Assembly (NCBI GenBank): GCA_963700275.1 | Contig: CAVOWZ010000020.1 | Location: 63,855 to 127,854 of the forward strand | Source: an uncultured Bacteroidales bacterium | Lineage (GTDB): Bacteria; Bacteroidota; Bacteroidia; Bacteroidales; VadinHA17 | Direction of reading: 5' to 3' | DNA length: 64,000 nt | Shown here: piece by piece, positions 17,947 through 26,558 of the stretch | Layout: the number at the start of each line of letters is the position of its first letter | Position numbering within the stretch: the first letter of the stretch is position 1 | The notes under the pieces: generated by a model | Databases searched by the model: none | The model's input: the letters and a program-made list of their open reading frames with translations, nothing else | What the model was told of the DNA's origin: nothing | Program-made: the position numbers and the translations under genes

Positions 17947-18798
17947 TTATTTACACGCCATCACCCCTTTGAAGTATCCGATCGACTCGGCTATTCCTGC
18001 AGCAGGGTCTTTCATATCTTTTTCAAATTCAAGGCTGCATTTGCCGGTATATCTGATCTTACGAAGGGTAGCCACAAATCCCGGGATATCAATTACTCCC
18101 CTTCCCATTTCCAGGGTTTTGCCCTCTTTTGACGGTTTATCAACATCCTTTATATGAATGTCATAAATACGGTTTTTATATTTTAAAATGTCAACAGAGG
18201 GATTCTGGCCGTCGCGGGTTGTATGACCGATATCGATACATATTCCAATACGCGGGTCGAGGTCCTTTATATGATTCCAGATATCAGTTGCATTCGGATA
18301 AAGTGGATTATCCGGCCCATGATTATGAATAGCCAGTTTGAAGTCATACTCTTTTATTTTCTGCTCTACATACGGAAGCAGTTCGGTATTCGGAGCCCCA
18401 ACGATCATTTTAACTCCGGCCATCTTTGCATATTCGAAAGCCTGGTCAACTGATTCTTTTGTTCTCATATAAACAACTCCTACCGTGTAAACATTGATAC
18501 CTGCACTTTTTAATTTGACGATAGTCTCTTCAATTTTCTCACGGGTGCTGTTCAGAGGAAGATGCATTTCCTTAAGTGAGAGATTGGTCACTCCTACCCT
18601 TTTCATTATCTCAATCATTTTATCAAGACTAAGCTGGGCAAAAGTGAAACCTGCCATTCCTATTTCAAAGGAATCCTTCGATGCAAATTTCTTCGGCGGC
18701 ACGGGGCCTGAAGCTGATGCATAAACCGGAGAAATACCTGCTGCCAGGAGACCTGCTCCCGACAGTTTTAAAAACTGACGACGTGATTTCATAGTCAC
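17947..18798 (-). CDS. Xylose-isomerase-like TIM-barrel protein with canonical twin-arginine signal
   Basis: MTMKSRRQFLKLSGAGLLAAGISPVYASA (SRRQFLK). AIHNHGPD.. and CIDIGH.. are TIM-barrel family motifs. Confidence 0.8.
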   Translation of the reverse strand: MTMKSRRQFLKLSGAGLLAAGISPVYASASGPVPPKKFASKDSFEIGMAGFTFAQLSLDKMIEIMKRVGVTNLSLKEMHLPLNSTREKIEETIVKLKSAGINVYTVGVVYMRTKESVDQAFEYAKMAGVKMIVGAPNTELLPYVEQKIKEYDFKLAIHNHGPDNPLYPNATDIWNHIKDLDPRIGICIDIGHTTRDGQNPSVDILKYKNRIYDIHIKDVDKPSKEGKTLEMGRGVIDIPGFVATLRKIRYTGKCSLEFEKDMKDPAAGIAESIGYFKGVMACK

Positions 18799-18838
18799 TT
18801 GATTTTGTGGTTTATTAAACTGTTAGTTACTCTTTCAA

Positions 18839-20773
18839 TCAGGGTTTCCGTACAACCATGTTATTATCAATAAGCCTGCTGTTGTAGGATTGAATGATTG
18901 CTTTAAGCTTGTTTTCCATAAGCTGAAGCAGATCAGGGTCTTTATCCATAACATTTTTTTCAAGGAATTTGTCGGTCTTAAAGTTATATAATCCCACCGG
19001 TTTGTAATCGATCATGATGAGAATATGATCCTTCATATATAAATGGTATGTGGTGCCATTTGTATTAAATGCAAACGATTCGTATGAATCATCAAACAGG
19101 TTATTACCGAAAGCAATGAATTCTTCATCGTAATTAAGATAATTCAGGACTGTCGGCATAATATCGATCTGCTGGGCAATTCTGCTTTTCAACCCTTTAA
19201 GGTCGCTTCCCGGTTTATAAAGGATCACGGGAACGGAATAGGAACCAAGGCTGTTCTGGAACTCCTTATGGATCGACTCATTTGTATGATCGGCCGTAAT
19301 AATAAAAAGGGTATTATTAAAGAAAGGTTCGGTTGAGATCTTTTTAAAGAATTTCCCCAGGGCAAAATCGGTGTACCCGACGACCTCCGCAATCGGTACC
19401 GGCCCTTTTTTAAACCTGCCCTCGTATTTTTCAGGAACTATAAACGGATGATGGGATGAAAGAGAGAAGATTGATGCCAGGAAGGGTTGAGGAAATTCAG
19501 CCATTCTTTCGGCAAAAAACCTGAAAAAGGGTTCATCCCATATTCCCCACATTCCGTCGGTATCTCCCGAATAGGGATAATCTTCATAACTGACATAATC
19601 ATCAAAGCCCGACATTTTTGCAAATGAATCGAAACCCATTGATCCGCTGAGAGCGCCGTGGAAGAAGGTTGTATAATAACCTTTTCTTTTCAGCAGAGAT
19701 GCCAGACCTTCAATCTCGTTGTTTGCATAATGGGAAATCGTATATGGTGTTTCGAGCGAGGGTATTGATGCAAGTATGGAAGGCATTGCATCAATTGATT
19801 TCTTCCCGTTGGCAAGTGATACATCGAAAGTAAGGCCTATACTGATCAGAGAATCGATAAAAGGTGTATACCCGGTATAAGTTCCATCTTCCAGATCTCT
19901 GTTCAGGGACCCGATATATTCACGTCCGAAACTCTCGAGAATTATTACAACAACATTTTCTCCCGTCATCTGCCTGTCACCTGATGGGATATGGTGAGGA
20001 TTGTATAACGCTTTAAGCTGCTCATCATCAAAGAAATTTCTTTTTTCAAGAGGTTTCTTACCCGATGTTCTGAAAATACTGAAAGGTGTATTAAGAACAA
20101 TTGCCACATTCTTCGGGTCTTTAACATAACGTGCTGCATTACTGTTAGCTATAGGCCTTGTTGATTCATTCAGACTGCCCCGTGCCCCTCCGATTACAAG
20201 CCCTGCAGCAAGAGGTATCATAAGTATGTTTATAATTAAATAGGCAGTCCTGTTTGATGGCAGCGGTTTAACAGGTTTCACCCTGTTATATAAAAATACC
20301 ATCAGGAACCATATAAAAATGCAGAACAGTGTTGCAGGCCAGTAGTCTATGAGAAATCTGATGACCATCTTCACCACACCCGGCTCCCCTTCGAATGTCC
20401 CGAAAATATCAGAGGTGGCTCTCTTGAAGACGAACCTGTAATAAACAAAATCGGCAGTATTTGCGGCAAATGCAATTCCATTGGTGATAAAGAACAGCCA
20501 GGCCAGTGCTTTCTGATATATCCTTCCATACCTGAAATCAAATGGCAGCAGCTGAAAAAAGATGAAAACCATGTTTATATAGACTGTTGCCGAGATATCG
20601 AACAACAATCCTCCGCGCATGATTGAAAGGAACTCACCGGGAGTTAGCCCGGGAAACATTTTATGGTTGAAAATATAGAATCCCGCTCTGGATATTGAAA
20701 AAAGGAGCAGGATGAGTAACATCCTGTATATCAGGACAATATAAATATTTCTGGAAAACAACCAGTTTTTCAT
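18839..20773 (-). CDS. LtaS-like sulfatase-fold transferase (LTA synthase / phosphoglycerol transferase family)
   Basis: N-terminal multi-TM region plus an extracytoplasmic alkaline-phosphatase/sulfatase-fold domain (..VVIILESFGREY.., ..IITADHTNE..). The start is moved to the MKNWLF.. ATG at 20773; the track ORF begins at a TTG at 20797. Confidence 0.8.
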   Translation of the reverse strand: MKNWLFSRNIYIVLIYRMLLILLLFSISRAGFYIFNHKMFPGLTPGEFLSIMRGGLLFDISATVYINMVFIFFQLLPFDFRYGRIYQKALAWLFFITNGIAFAANTADFVYYRFVFKRATSDIFGTFEGEPGVVKMVIRFLIDYWPATLFCIFIWFLMVFLYNRVKPVKPLPSNRTAYLIINILMIPLAAGLVIGGARGSLNESTRPIANSNAARYVKDPKNVAIVLNTPFSIFRTSGKKPLEKRNFFDDEQLKALYNPHHIPSGDRQMTGENVVVIILESFGREYIGSLNRDLEDGTYTGYTPFIDSLISIGLTFDVSLANGKKSIDAMPSILASIPSLETPYTISHYANNEIEGLASLLKRKGYYTTFFHGALSGSMGFDSFAKMSGFDDYVSYEDYPYSGDTDGMWGIWDEPFFRFFAERMAEFPQPFLASIFSLSSHHPFIVPEKYEGRFKKGPVPIAEVVGYTDFALGKFFKKISTEPFFNNTLFIITADHTNESIHKEFQNSLGSYSVPVILYKPGSDLKGLKSRIAQQIDIMPTVLNYLNYDEEFIAFGNNLFDDSYESFAFNTNGTTYHLYMKDHILIMIDYKPVGLYNFKTDKFLEKNVMDKDPDLLQLMENKLKAIIQSYNSRLIDNNMVVRKP

Positions 20774-20793
20774 CAGCCGGCTGACAGCAACAA

Positions 20794-21447
20794 TCAATTA
20801 TGTTGCTGGTTTTCAATTTGCTCCTTAAAGTCTTCCTTATTGAAATCCTCCAGGAATTTACTTGCTTTCTTTTTTGCGCCTATCCCTATTATTGTGAAAA
20901 GAATGACCAGGGCTGCCAGGATGAGTACAACAATTTTAGATGTTCCGGTATCTGCTTTTAATGTCTGTGTCAGTCCATGGTAAAGAAGATATAAGCCATA
21001 CAGTGAAATGGCAAGGCCTACAATTGATCCGAGAGTAATGCTTAATCCGGTAATAAATCCCAGCAGTGCGGATATCGGCATCAAAACCATGGATGATGCT
21101 GTTACCCTTATATTAGATTCAAAATCCGTACTTCCCTTGCAGATTGCAGAAACAACAAGAAGTATTACTGCTCCTATGAATAATCCTATTACAGCGGCCA
21201 CGATATACCAAATAATTGCTAAGAAGCCGGCTGCTCCTCCAAGCAATCCTGATGAACCTCCGCCAATCTTAAAAAGGCTCCATATAAATGCGATTATTCC
21301 CGCAACTGCTCCATATATCAGGGCTTTGATCAATGGTTCTGCAATACCTCCCGTTGTTCTCATCGTGGAGAAGTATGTTTTCGGATCTTTCAGGACATCT
21401 TTAGATTCCTTAATAAGAGCATTAAAATCAATTGTTGAATTACTCAT
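20794..21447 (-). CDS. Yip1-family membrane protein
   Basis: Soluble N-terminal segment followed by five glycine-rich TM helices. DPKTYF.. is a Yip1/DUF1282-type start. Confidence 0.65.
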   Translation of the reverse strand: MSNSTIDFNALIKESKDVLKDPKTYFSTMRTTGGIAEPLIKALIYGAVAGIIAFIWSLFKIGGGSSGLLGGAAGFLAIIWYIVAAVIGLFIGAVILLVVSAICKGSTDFESNIRVTASSMVLMPISALLGFITGLSITLGSIVGLAISLYGLYLLYHGLTQTLKADTGTSKIVVLILAALVILFTIIGIGAKKKASKFLEDFNKEDFKEQIENQQHN

Positions 21448-21539
21448 AGTTATAAGATTTAGTTGTTTATAGTTAAGAACTACAAGGTAAAAATAAATTT
21501 GATCGGCAGAAAAAATTATGCAATAATTATCTGCAGTGG

Positions 21540-23432
21540 TTATTCAAGGTATGTATAACCGTAAAGACCCGACCGGTAATTTGAAAGAAATTCCCTTCCT
21601 TCCTCAAGTGTAATAATTCCCGATTTAACAGATGATGTAACCCATGATTCAACGGTCCTCACCATTTTTTTCGGATTATACTGTACATATTCAAGGACTT
21701 CAGCGATTGTCTCGCCGTCAATTATCTGGTCTATTTTATACCCGTCCTCATCAACCGAGACGTGTACTGCATTTGTATCACCGAAAAGATTATGGAGGTC
21801 ACCGAGTATTTCCTGGTAAGCACCGACGAGAAATACGCCCAGGTAATAAGGTTCTTTTTGTTTTAACTGATGAACCGGCAGATAATGTGAATTATTACGG
21901 GTTGCGATGAAATTATCGATCTTACCGTCGGAATCACAGGTCATATCCTGGATAGTGGAAGCTACTGTAGGTTGCTCATTAAGCCTGTGAATTGGTACAA
22001 CCGGAAAAATCTGATCGATGGCCCATGAATCCGGAAGTGATTGAAACAGGGAAAAATTACAGAAATATTTATCTGACAATATTCTGGAAATCTGTCGCAG
22101 TTCTTCCGGAACATGTCTCGATTTGCCTGCAATAAGGTAAATCTTCCTTGCGATGGACCAGAAGAGCCGTTCAATCTGTGCTCTTGTTTTAAGGTCAATG
22201 ATACCCAGGCTGAAACGATCGAGAGCCTCTTCCCTTATCTGCTGTGCATCATGCCATGTTTCAAGCATTCTGGGCTGACTGAAATTATCCCAGAGATCAT
22301 AGATCTCCTTTACAAGTTCATGATCATTTTCTCCTATTTCCTCCTCCATATCCCAGTCAGGCAGTGTGGCGGTTTCAAGCACCTCAAAAACAAGAACAGA
22401 ATGATGGGCAGTCAGCGACCTGCCCGATTCGGTTATGACATTCGGATGTGGAATGTTATTCTTATTGCTCGCATCAACAAATGTGCTTACCGAGTCATTT
22501 ACATACTCCTGGAGAGTATAATTAATACTGCTCTCACTGTTTGATGATCCTGTTCCGTCATAATCCACTCCAAGCCCTCCACCGATGTCGACAAATTCGA
22601 CGTTGAATCCGAGTTTACGAAGCTGTACATAGAACTGGGATGCTTCGCGTAAAGCTGTCTTGATCCTCCTGATCTTGGTAACCTGGCTGCCGATATGAAA
22701 ATGAATAAGACGGAGGCAGCTCTTCATCTTGTTCTTCTCAATGTAGTCGATCGCTTCAAGCAGCTCACTGGAAGTAAGTCCGAATTTACTGATATCACCT
22801 CCCGACTCCTCCCATTTTCCGCTGCCGATGCTGGCAAGCTTGATCCGGATGCCGATATTCGGCTTTACCTTCAGCCTTCTGGCAATTGAAGTAATGAGCT
22901 TCAGTTCATTTAACTTTTCAACAACGATAAAAATCCGCTTTCCCATTTTCTGGGCAAGAAGAGCAAGTTCGATATAATCCTCATCCTTATAGCCATTACA
23001 TATTATAAGTGATTCTGGATCAGTATTTATAGCAATTACAGCGTGTAATTCAGGTTTGGATCCTGCTTCCAGACCTATATTGAATTTCTTGCCATGACTT
23101 ACAATCTCTTCCACCACAGGTCTCATCTGGTTTACCTTGATAGGATAGATTATGAAGTTCTGAGCCGTATAGTCATATTCTTCCGAGGCTTTTTTAAAGC
23201 AGTTTGAAATATTTATGATCCGGTCGTCAAGGATATCGGGGAATCTGACAAGCACCGGGGTAGAGACATCCCTCAGCACAAGCTCGTCGATAAGTTCTTT
23301 CAGATCAACACTTACTCCGTTCTTCTGGGGCGTCACAATGATATTTCCCTTATCATTTATAGAGAAATAATCGACACCCCACCCGTTTATGTTATATAAC
23401 TCAGCAGAATCTTCAATACGCCATTTTCTCAT
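21540..23432 (-). CDS. speA: Biosynthetic arginine decarboxylase
   Basis: 630 aa. N-terminus ..YNINGWGVDYFSIN... The layout is an Orn/DAP/Arg decarboxylase fold throughout. Confidence 0.9.
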   Translation of the reverse strand: MRKWRIEDSAELYNINGWGVDYFSINDKGNIIVTPQKNGVSVDLKELIDELVLRDVSTPVLVRFPDILDDRIINISNCFKKASEEYDYTAQNFIIYPIKVNQMRPVVEEIVSHGKKFNIGLEAGSKPELHAVIAINTDPESLIICNGYKDEDYIELALLAQKMGKRIFIVVEKLNELKLITSIARRLKVKPNIGIRIKLASIGSGKWEESGGDISKFGLTSSELLEAIDYIEKNKMKSCLRLIHFHIGSQVTKIRRIKTALREASQFYVQLRKLGFNVEFVDIGGGLGVDYDGTGSSNSESSINYTLQEYVNDSVSTFVDASNKNNIPHPNVITESGRSLTAHHSVLVFEVLETATLPDWDMEEEIGENDHELVKEIYDLWDNFSQPRMLETWHDAQQIREEALDRFSLGIIDLKTRAQIERLFWSIARKIYLIAGKSRHVPEELRQISRILSDKYFCNFSLFQSLPDSWAIDQIFPVVPIHRLNEQPTVASTIQDMTCDSDGKIDNFIATRNNSHYLPVHQLKQKEPYYLGVFLVGAYQEILGDLHNLFGDTNAVHVSVDEDGYKIDQIIDGETIAEVLEYVQYNPKKMVRTVESWVTSSVKSGIITLEEGREFLSNYRSGLYGYTYLE

Positions 23433-23576
23433 TACCTGTTACTTAAATCTTTTATTAGTTTTATTTAGCCGGAATAATAATATTATTATGCAATGTTATT
23501 AAAATAACATGAACAAGGTATAATATATTAATAAAATTATGTAATTTAGCGGCCTTAATTTTAAAACAAGATTACA

Positions 23577-23771
23577 ATGAACAAAGGAACTGTTAAATTT
23601 TTTAATGTATCAAAAGGATTCGGATTCATCAAAGATGCTGATTCGGATAATGAATATTTTGTACACGCATCAGGCCTCGTTGACAAGATCAAGGAAAATG
23701 ACGAAGTATCATTTGAGCTTGCTGAAGGTAAAAAAGGCATTAATGCGGTAAATGTAAAAAGGGTACAATAA
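23577..23771 (+). CDS. Cold-shock protein (CspA family)
   Basis: MNKGTVKFFNVSKGFGFI....FVH contains the RNP1/RNP2 motifs. Length is 64 aa. Confidence 0.92.
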   Translation: MNKGTVKFFNVSKGFGFIKDADSDNEYFVHASGLVDKIKENDEVSFELAEGKKGINAVNVKRVQ

Positions 23772-23788
23772 GAAAATGAAAATAACGA

Positions 23789-23817
23789 AGAGGCTGTTTC
23801 GACAGCCTCTTTTTTTT
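23789..23817 (+). terminator. Rho-independent terminator after the csp gene
   Basis: agaggctgt-ttcg-acagcctct (9-bp stem) followed by a T7 run. Confidence 0.8.
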
Positions 23818-23887
23818 ATGATAACCTGCAGGACACACAGGACCTGCAAGCATAACAGTTAAAGCCTATTTATATTATATAATGCTA

Positions 23888-23995
23888 TTACTTCTTATCG
23901 GCTTTTTTGGCTTTCTTGGCGGTACGTTTCTCTTTTAACGTTTTTGTAGCTTTCTTCTTTACCTTTTCCTGTTGCTTGGCTTTTTCGTGTGACAT
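23888..23995 (-). CDS. Possible 35-aa lysine-rich small protein
   Basis: Manual translation gives MSHEKAKQQEKVKKKATKTLKEKRTAKKAKKADKK*. It falls below the ORF-track length cutoff. There is no homology evidence, only an intact ATG..TAA ORF in an otherwise empty 300-nt gap. Confidence 0.3.
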   Translation of the reverse strand: MSHEKAKQQEKVKKKATKTLKEKRTAKKAKKADKK

Positions 23996-24080
23996 GACAT
24001 TATATTTTTTGATTCAACAATCGGATCAATATAAAAAAAACATTTGATAAATCTCCTTTAAGTTTTTAACATCAGAATCA

Positions 24081-24803
24081 TCAAACGATGAGCCGGCCTG
24101 CTTTTTCATCGAGCAGCCAGCTAAGCCTGCCATGTGAAGGAATTATAAATGATGCCGGAAAATCAGAACCTTTTTTGAATATCCGTTCAACCATTTCTGC
24201 TTTCGAATGACCGGTTACAAGGAAGGTAACCGCATCGGAATTGTTGATAACTTTTCCTGTGATTGTAACACGCTTTTGTCCGGTTAAAGGATGAGTTGCC
24301 ACTTCACATATTTTATCGGAATAAAGCAGTTCTGAATTTGAAGGGAAGATCGATACCGTATGGCCGTCCTCTCCCATACCAAGAATAATATGGTCAAATA
24401 CCGGAAGGCCTCCGGAGGAACGGGTATTATCAATGATCTCTGAGGAATATCTCACAGCCTCAGCTGAAGGATCTGCCTCTCCCCTGATCCTGTGAATATT
24501 CATTTCAGGGATATCAATCCTGCTCAGAAATACCGAAGTGGCAGTCCCGAAATTACTTTCAGGGTCATCAGGTGGAACACAGCGCTCATCGCCCCAGAAA
24601 AAATGAACGGACCTCCAGTCAAATGCCTGACTATATTTTTCTGCCAGAACAGAATAGAGAATATTGGGAGTACTTCCGCCGGAAAGAGCTATTGTAAACG
24701 TAGATTTTTTACCTGCAGCTTCACTGATCTCATTTATGAGCTCTGTGGCAAAGGCTTCTGCAAGGTCATGAGTGGTTTTGTATATTCTGAAGGGTCTTTT
24801 CAA
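24081..24803 (-). CDS. pgl: 6-phosphogluconolactonase
   Basis: ALSGGSTP, FWGDERCVP and ILGMGEDGHTVSIFP motifs. The start is placed at the in-frame TTG (24803-24801) just downstream of the hexamer array. The longer track ORF would overlap zwf and translate the repeat. Confidence 0.8.
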   Translation of the reverse strand: MKRPFRIYKTTHDLAEAFATELINEISEAAGKKSTFTIALSGGSTPNILYSVLAEKYSQAFDWRSVHFFWGDERCVPPDDPESNFGTATSVFLSRIDIPEMNIHRIRGEADPSAEAVRYSSEIIDNTRSSGGLPVFDHIILGMGEDGHTVSIFPSNSELLYSDKICEVATHPLTGQKRVTITGKVINNSDAVTFLVTGHSKAEMVERIFKKGSDFPASFIIPSHGRLSWLLDEKAGRLIV

Positions 24804-24805
24804 TG

Positions 24806-24870
24806 GGTTGAGGTTGAGGTTGAGGTTAAGGTTAAGGTTGAGGTTGAGGTTAAGGTTAAGGTTGAGGTTA
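24806..24870. repeat. Hexamer tandem array (GGTTRA)n with 24-nt higher-order periodicity
   Basis: ggttga x3, ggttaa x2, ggttga x2, ggttaa x2, ggttga, ggtta. It fills exactly the gap between the zwf stop (24871-24873) and the proposed pgl start. Confidence 0.9.
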
Positions 24871-26397
24871 CTAAAGTTCGCAAAATTCGCCGTCCTCGGC
24901 AAGGTTACTGCATGGGTATCTCCAAGTAAGGCCGCATCCTTCCATAAGATCATTTGAGATCTCCGGTCCCCATGTTCCGGCCGGATATCCGTAGACCTTT
25001 ATATCCGGATTATTTGCCCAGGCATTCTGTACAGGTTCCAGAAATTTCCAGGCAGTTTCAACTTCGTCATCGCGTGAAAAGAGCGTTGAATCGCCGGTCA
25101 TCACATCATGCAGCAACCTCTCGTATGCCGGAGTAACCCTTAAATTTGCCAGCTGGCTGTAACGGAAATCCATGTTTACATTTTTGACATTAAATCCCGA
25201 TCCCGGTTCCTTCATGTCGAATTTCAGCAGAATGCCTTCGTCGGGCTGTATCCGGATTATGAGCTGGTTTGATGTAATTACCCCGTCATTTCTCTGGAAG
25301 AGGTGATGAGGAGTTCGTTTGAAGTGAATTACAATCTCTGTGACTCTGGTCGGAAGTCGTTTGCCAGTCCGCATGTAAAATGGCACTCCTCCCCATCGCC
25401 AGTTATTAATGAAGAATTTAATGGCGGCAAAGGTCTCGGTCCTGGAATCAGGCGGTACCCCCTTTTCCGATCTGTATGCTGAAACATTTTCACCGTGGAT
25501 CTTCGATCCTGTATACTGGCCTCTTATGACCTGATTCGGAACATCAGCTTCGCTTATAGGCTGAAGCGACTGAAAAACCTTGAGTATTTCATTCCGTATT
25601 GCATCAGGACTAAGCGACGAAGGTGGCTCCATGGCTGTGAGCCCGGCCATCTGAAGCAGGTGATTCTGTACCATATCCCTGAGAGCTCCTGATGAATCGT
25701 AATAACCTCCCCTGTCCTCCACACCAATACTCTCTGCCGCTGTTATTTCAACCCTGTGGATATAATTCCGGTTCCACAAAGGTTCGAAAATACCATTTGA
25801 AAATCTGGTAACCAGCACATTCTGAACTGTCTCCTTTCCCAGATAATGATCAATTCTGTAAATCTGGTCCTCCCCGATCAGTTCATGCAGCTTCCTGTTC
25901 AGATCTACAGCTGAACGGTGGTCATACCCGAAAGGTTTTTCAATTATGAACCTTCTGAATCCCTTTGTCTGGTCAGCCAGGCCGGCCTTCGACAGGTTCC
26001 GTGCAATTATCTCATACATACTCGGGGGTGTGGCCATATAGAAAATATAGTTCCCTCCGGTATCATTGGTTGAATTAAGCTGGTTAAGCTTTTCTGTCAG
26101 TTTACAACATTCACCTTCTGACGTACTATCCATCTGAAGATAAAAGAGACTATTTGTAAAACCTTCAGCCAGGCGGGGATCAGGGTTTTTATCTTCAGAA
26201 AAAGCAAAAATGCTCTCTTTCATTTTTCCCCTGAAATCATTATCAGTAAAATGAGTCCTCCCCGTTCCCAGTATCGCAAATTTTGATGGTAAAAGCTTCT
26301 GCCCCTTCATTGAAAACAGTGCAGGTATAAGCTTTCTTGAAGTCAGATCGCCTGATGCACCAAATATCACAATAACCATATTACCCGGATGCCTCAT
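24871..26397 (-). CDS. zwf: Glucose-6-phosphate 1-dehydrogenase
   Basis: FGASGDLTSRKLIPALF, EKPFG and RIDHYLGKE signature motifs. Length is 508 aa. Confidence 0.93.
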   Translation of the reverse strand: MRHPGNMVIVIFGASGDLTSRKLIPALFSMKGQKLLPSKFAILGTGRTHFTDNDFRGKMKESIFAFSEDKNPDPRLAEGFTNSLFYLQMDSTSEGECCKLTEKLNQLNSTNDTGGNYIFYMATPPSMYEIIARNLSKAGLADQTKGFRRFIIEKPFGYDHRSAVDLNRKLHELIGEDQIYRIDHYLGKETVQNVLVTRFSNGIFEPLWNRNYIHRVEITAAESIGVEDRGGYYDSSGALRDMVQNHLLQMAGLTAMEPPSSLSPDAIRNEILKVFQSLQPISEADVPNQVIRGQYTGSKIHGENVSAYRSEKGVPPDSRTETFAAIKFFINNWRWGGVPFYMRTGKRLPTRVTEIVIHFKRTPHHLFQRNDGVITSNQLIIRIQPDEGILLKFDMKEPGSGFNVKNVNMDFRYSQLANLRVTPAYERLLHDVMTGDSTLFSRDDEVETAWKFLEPVQNAWANNPDIKVYGYPAGTWGPEISNDLMEGCGLTWRYPCSNLAEDGEFCEL

Positions 26398-26558
26398 AAT
26401 TGTTTATTTAGGAAGTTAAACCGATGTATATTTCCATATTTCTGCAAGTTAAAAGTAATTGTTAACTAAACATATTACGGAAACTTACAATAAATAATTT
26501 TTGTAAATTTAGCAGTTATTTTTCACGGATTTGGATAAGGTAATATTAAGAATAACGG

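Noticed and set aside
17909-18157. 82-aa plus-strand ORF starting in the CTGYGCCN array
   Set aside because: It begins inside the octamer repeat (..PLRPCAAVPLRP..) and then runs antisense to the Tat-signal TIM-barrel gene.
24806-24870. Telomere-like interpretation of the (GGTTRA)n array
   Set aside because: The array is internal to an operon on what appears to be ordinary chromosomal sequence, it is only 65 nt long, and genes flank it on both sides.
24804-24953. N-terminal extension of the pgl ORF (MILWKD...NLNLNLNLNL...)
   Set aside because: The extension overlaps the 3' end of zwf by 83 nt and consists largely of the translated hexamer array. An in-frame TTG directly after the array gives a normal-length Pgl.
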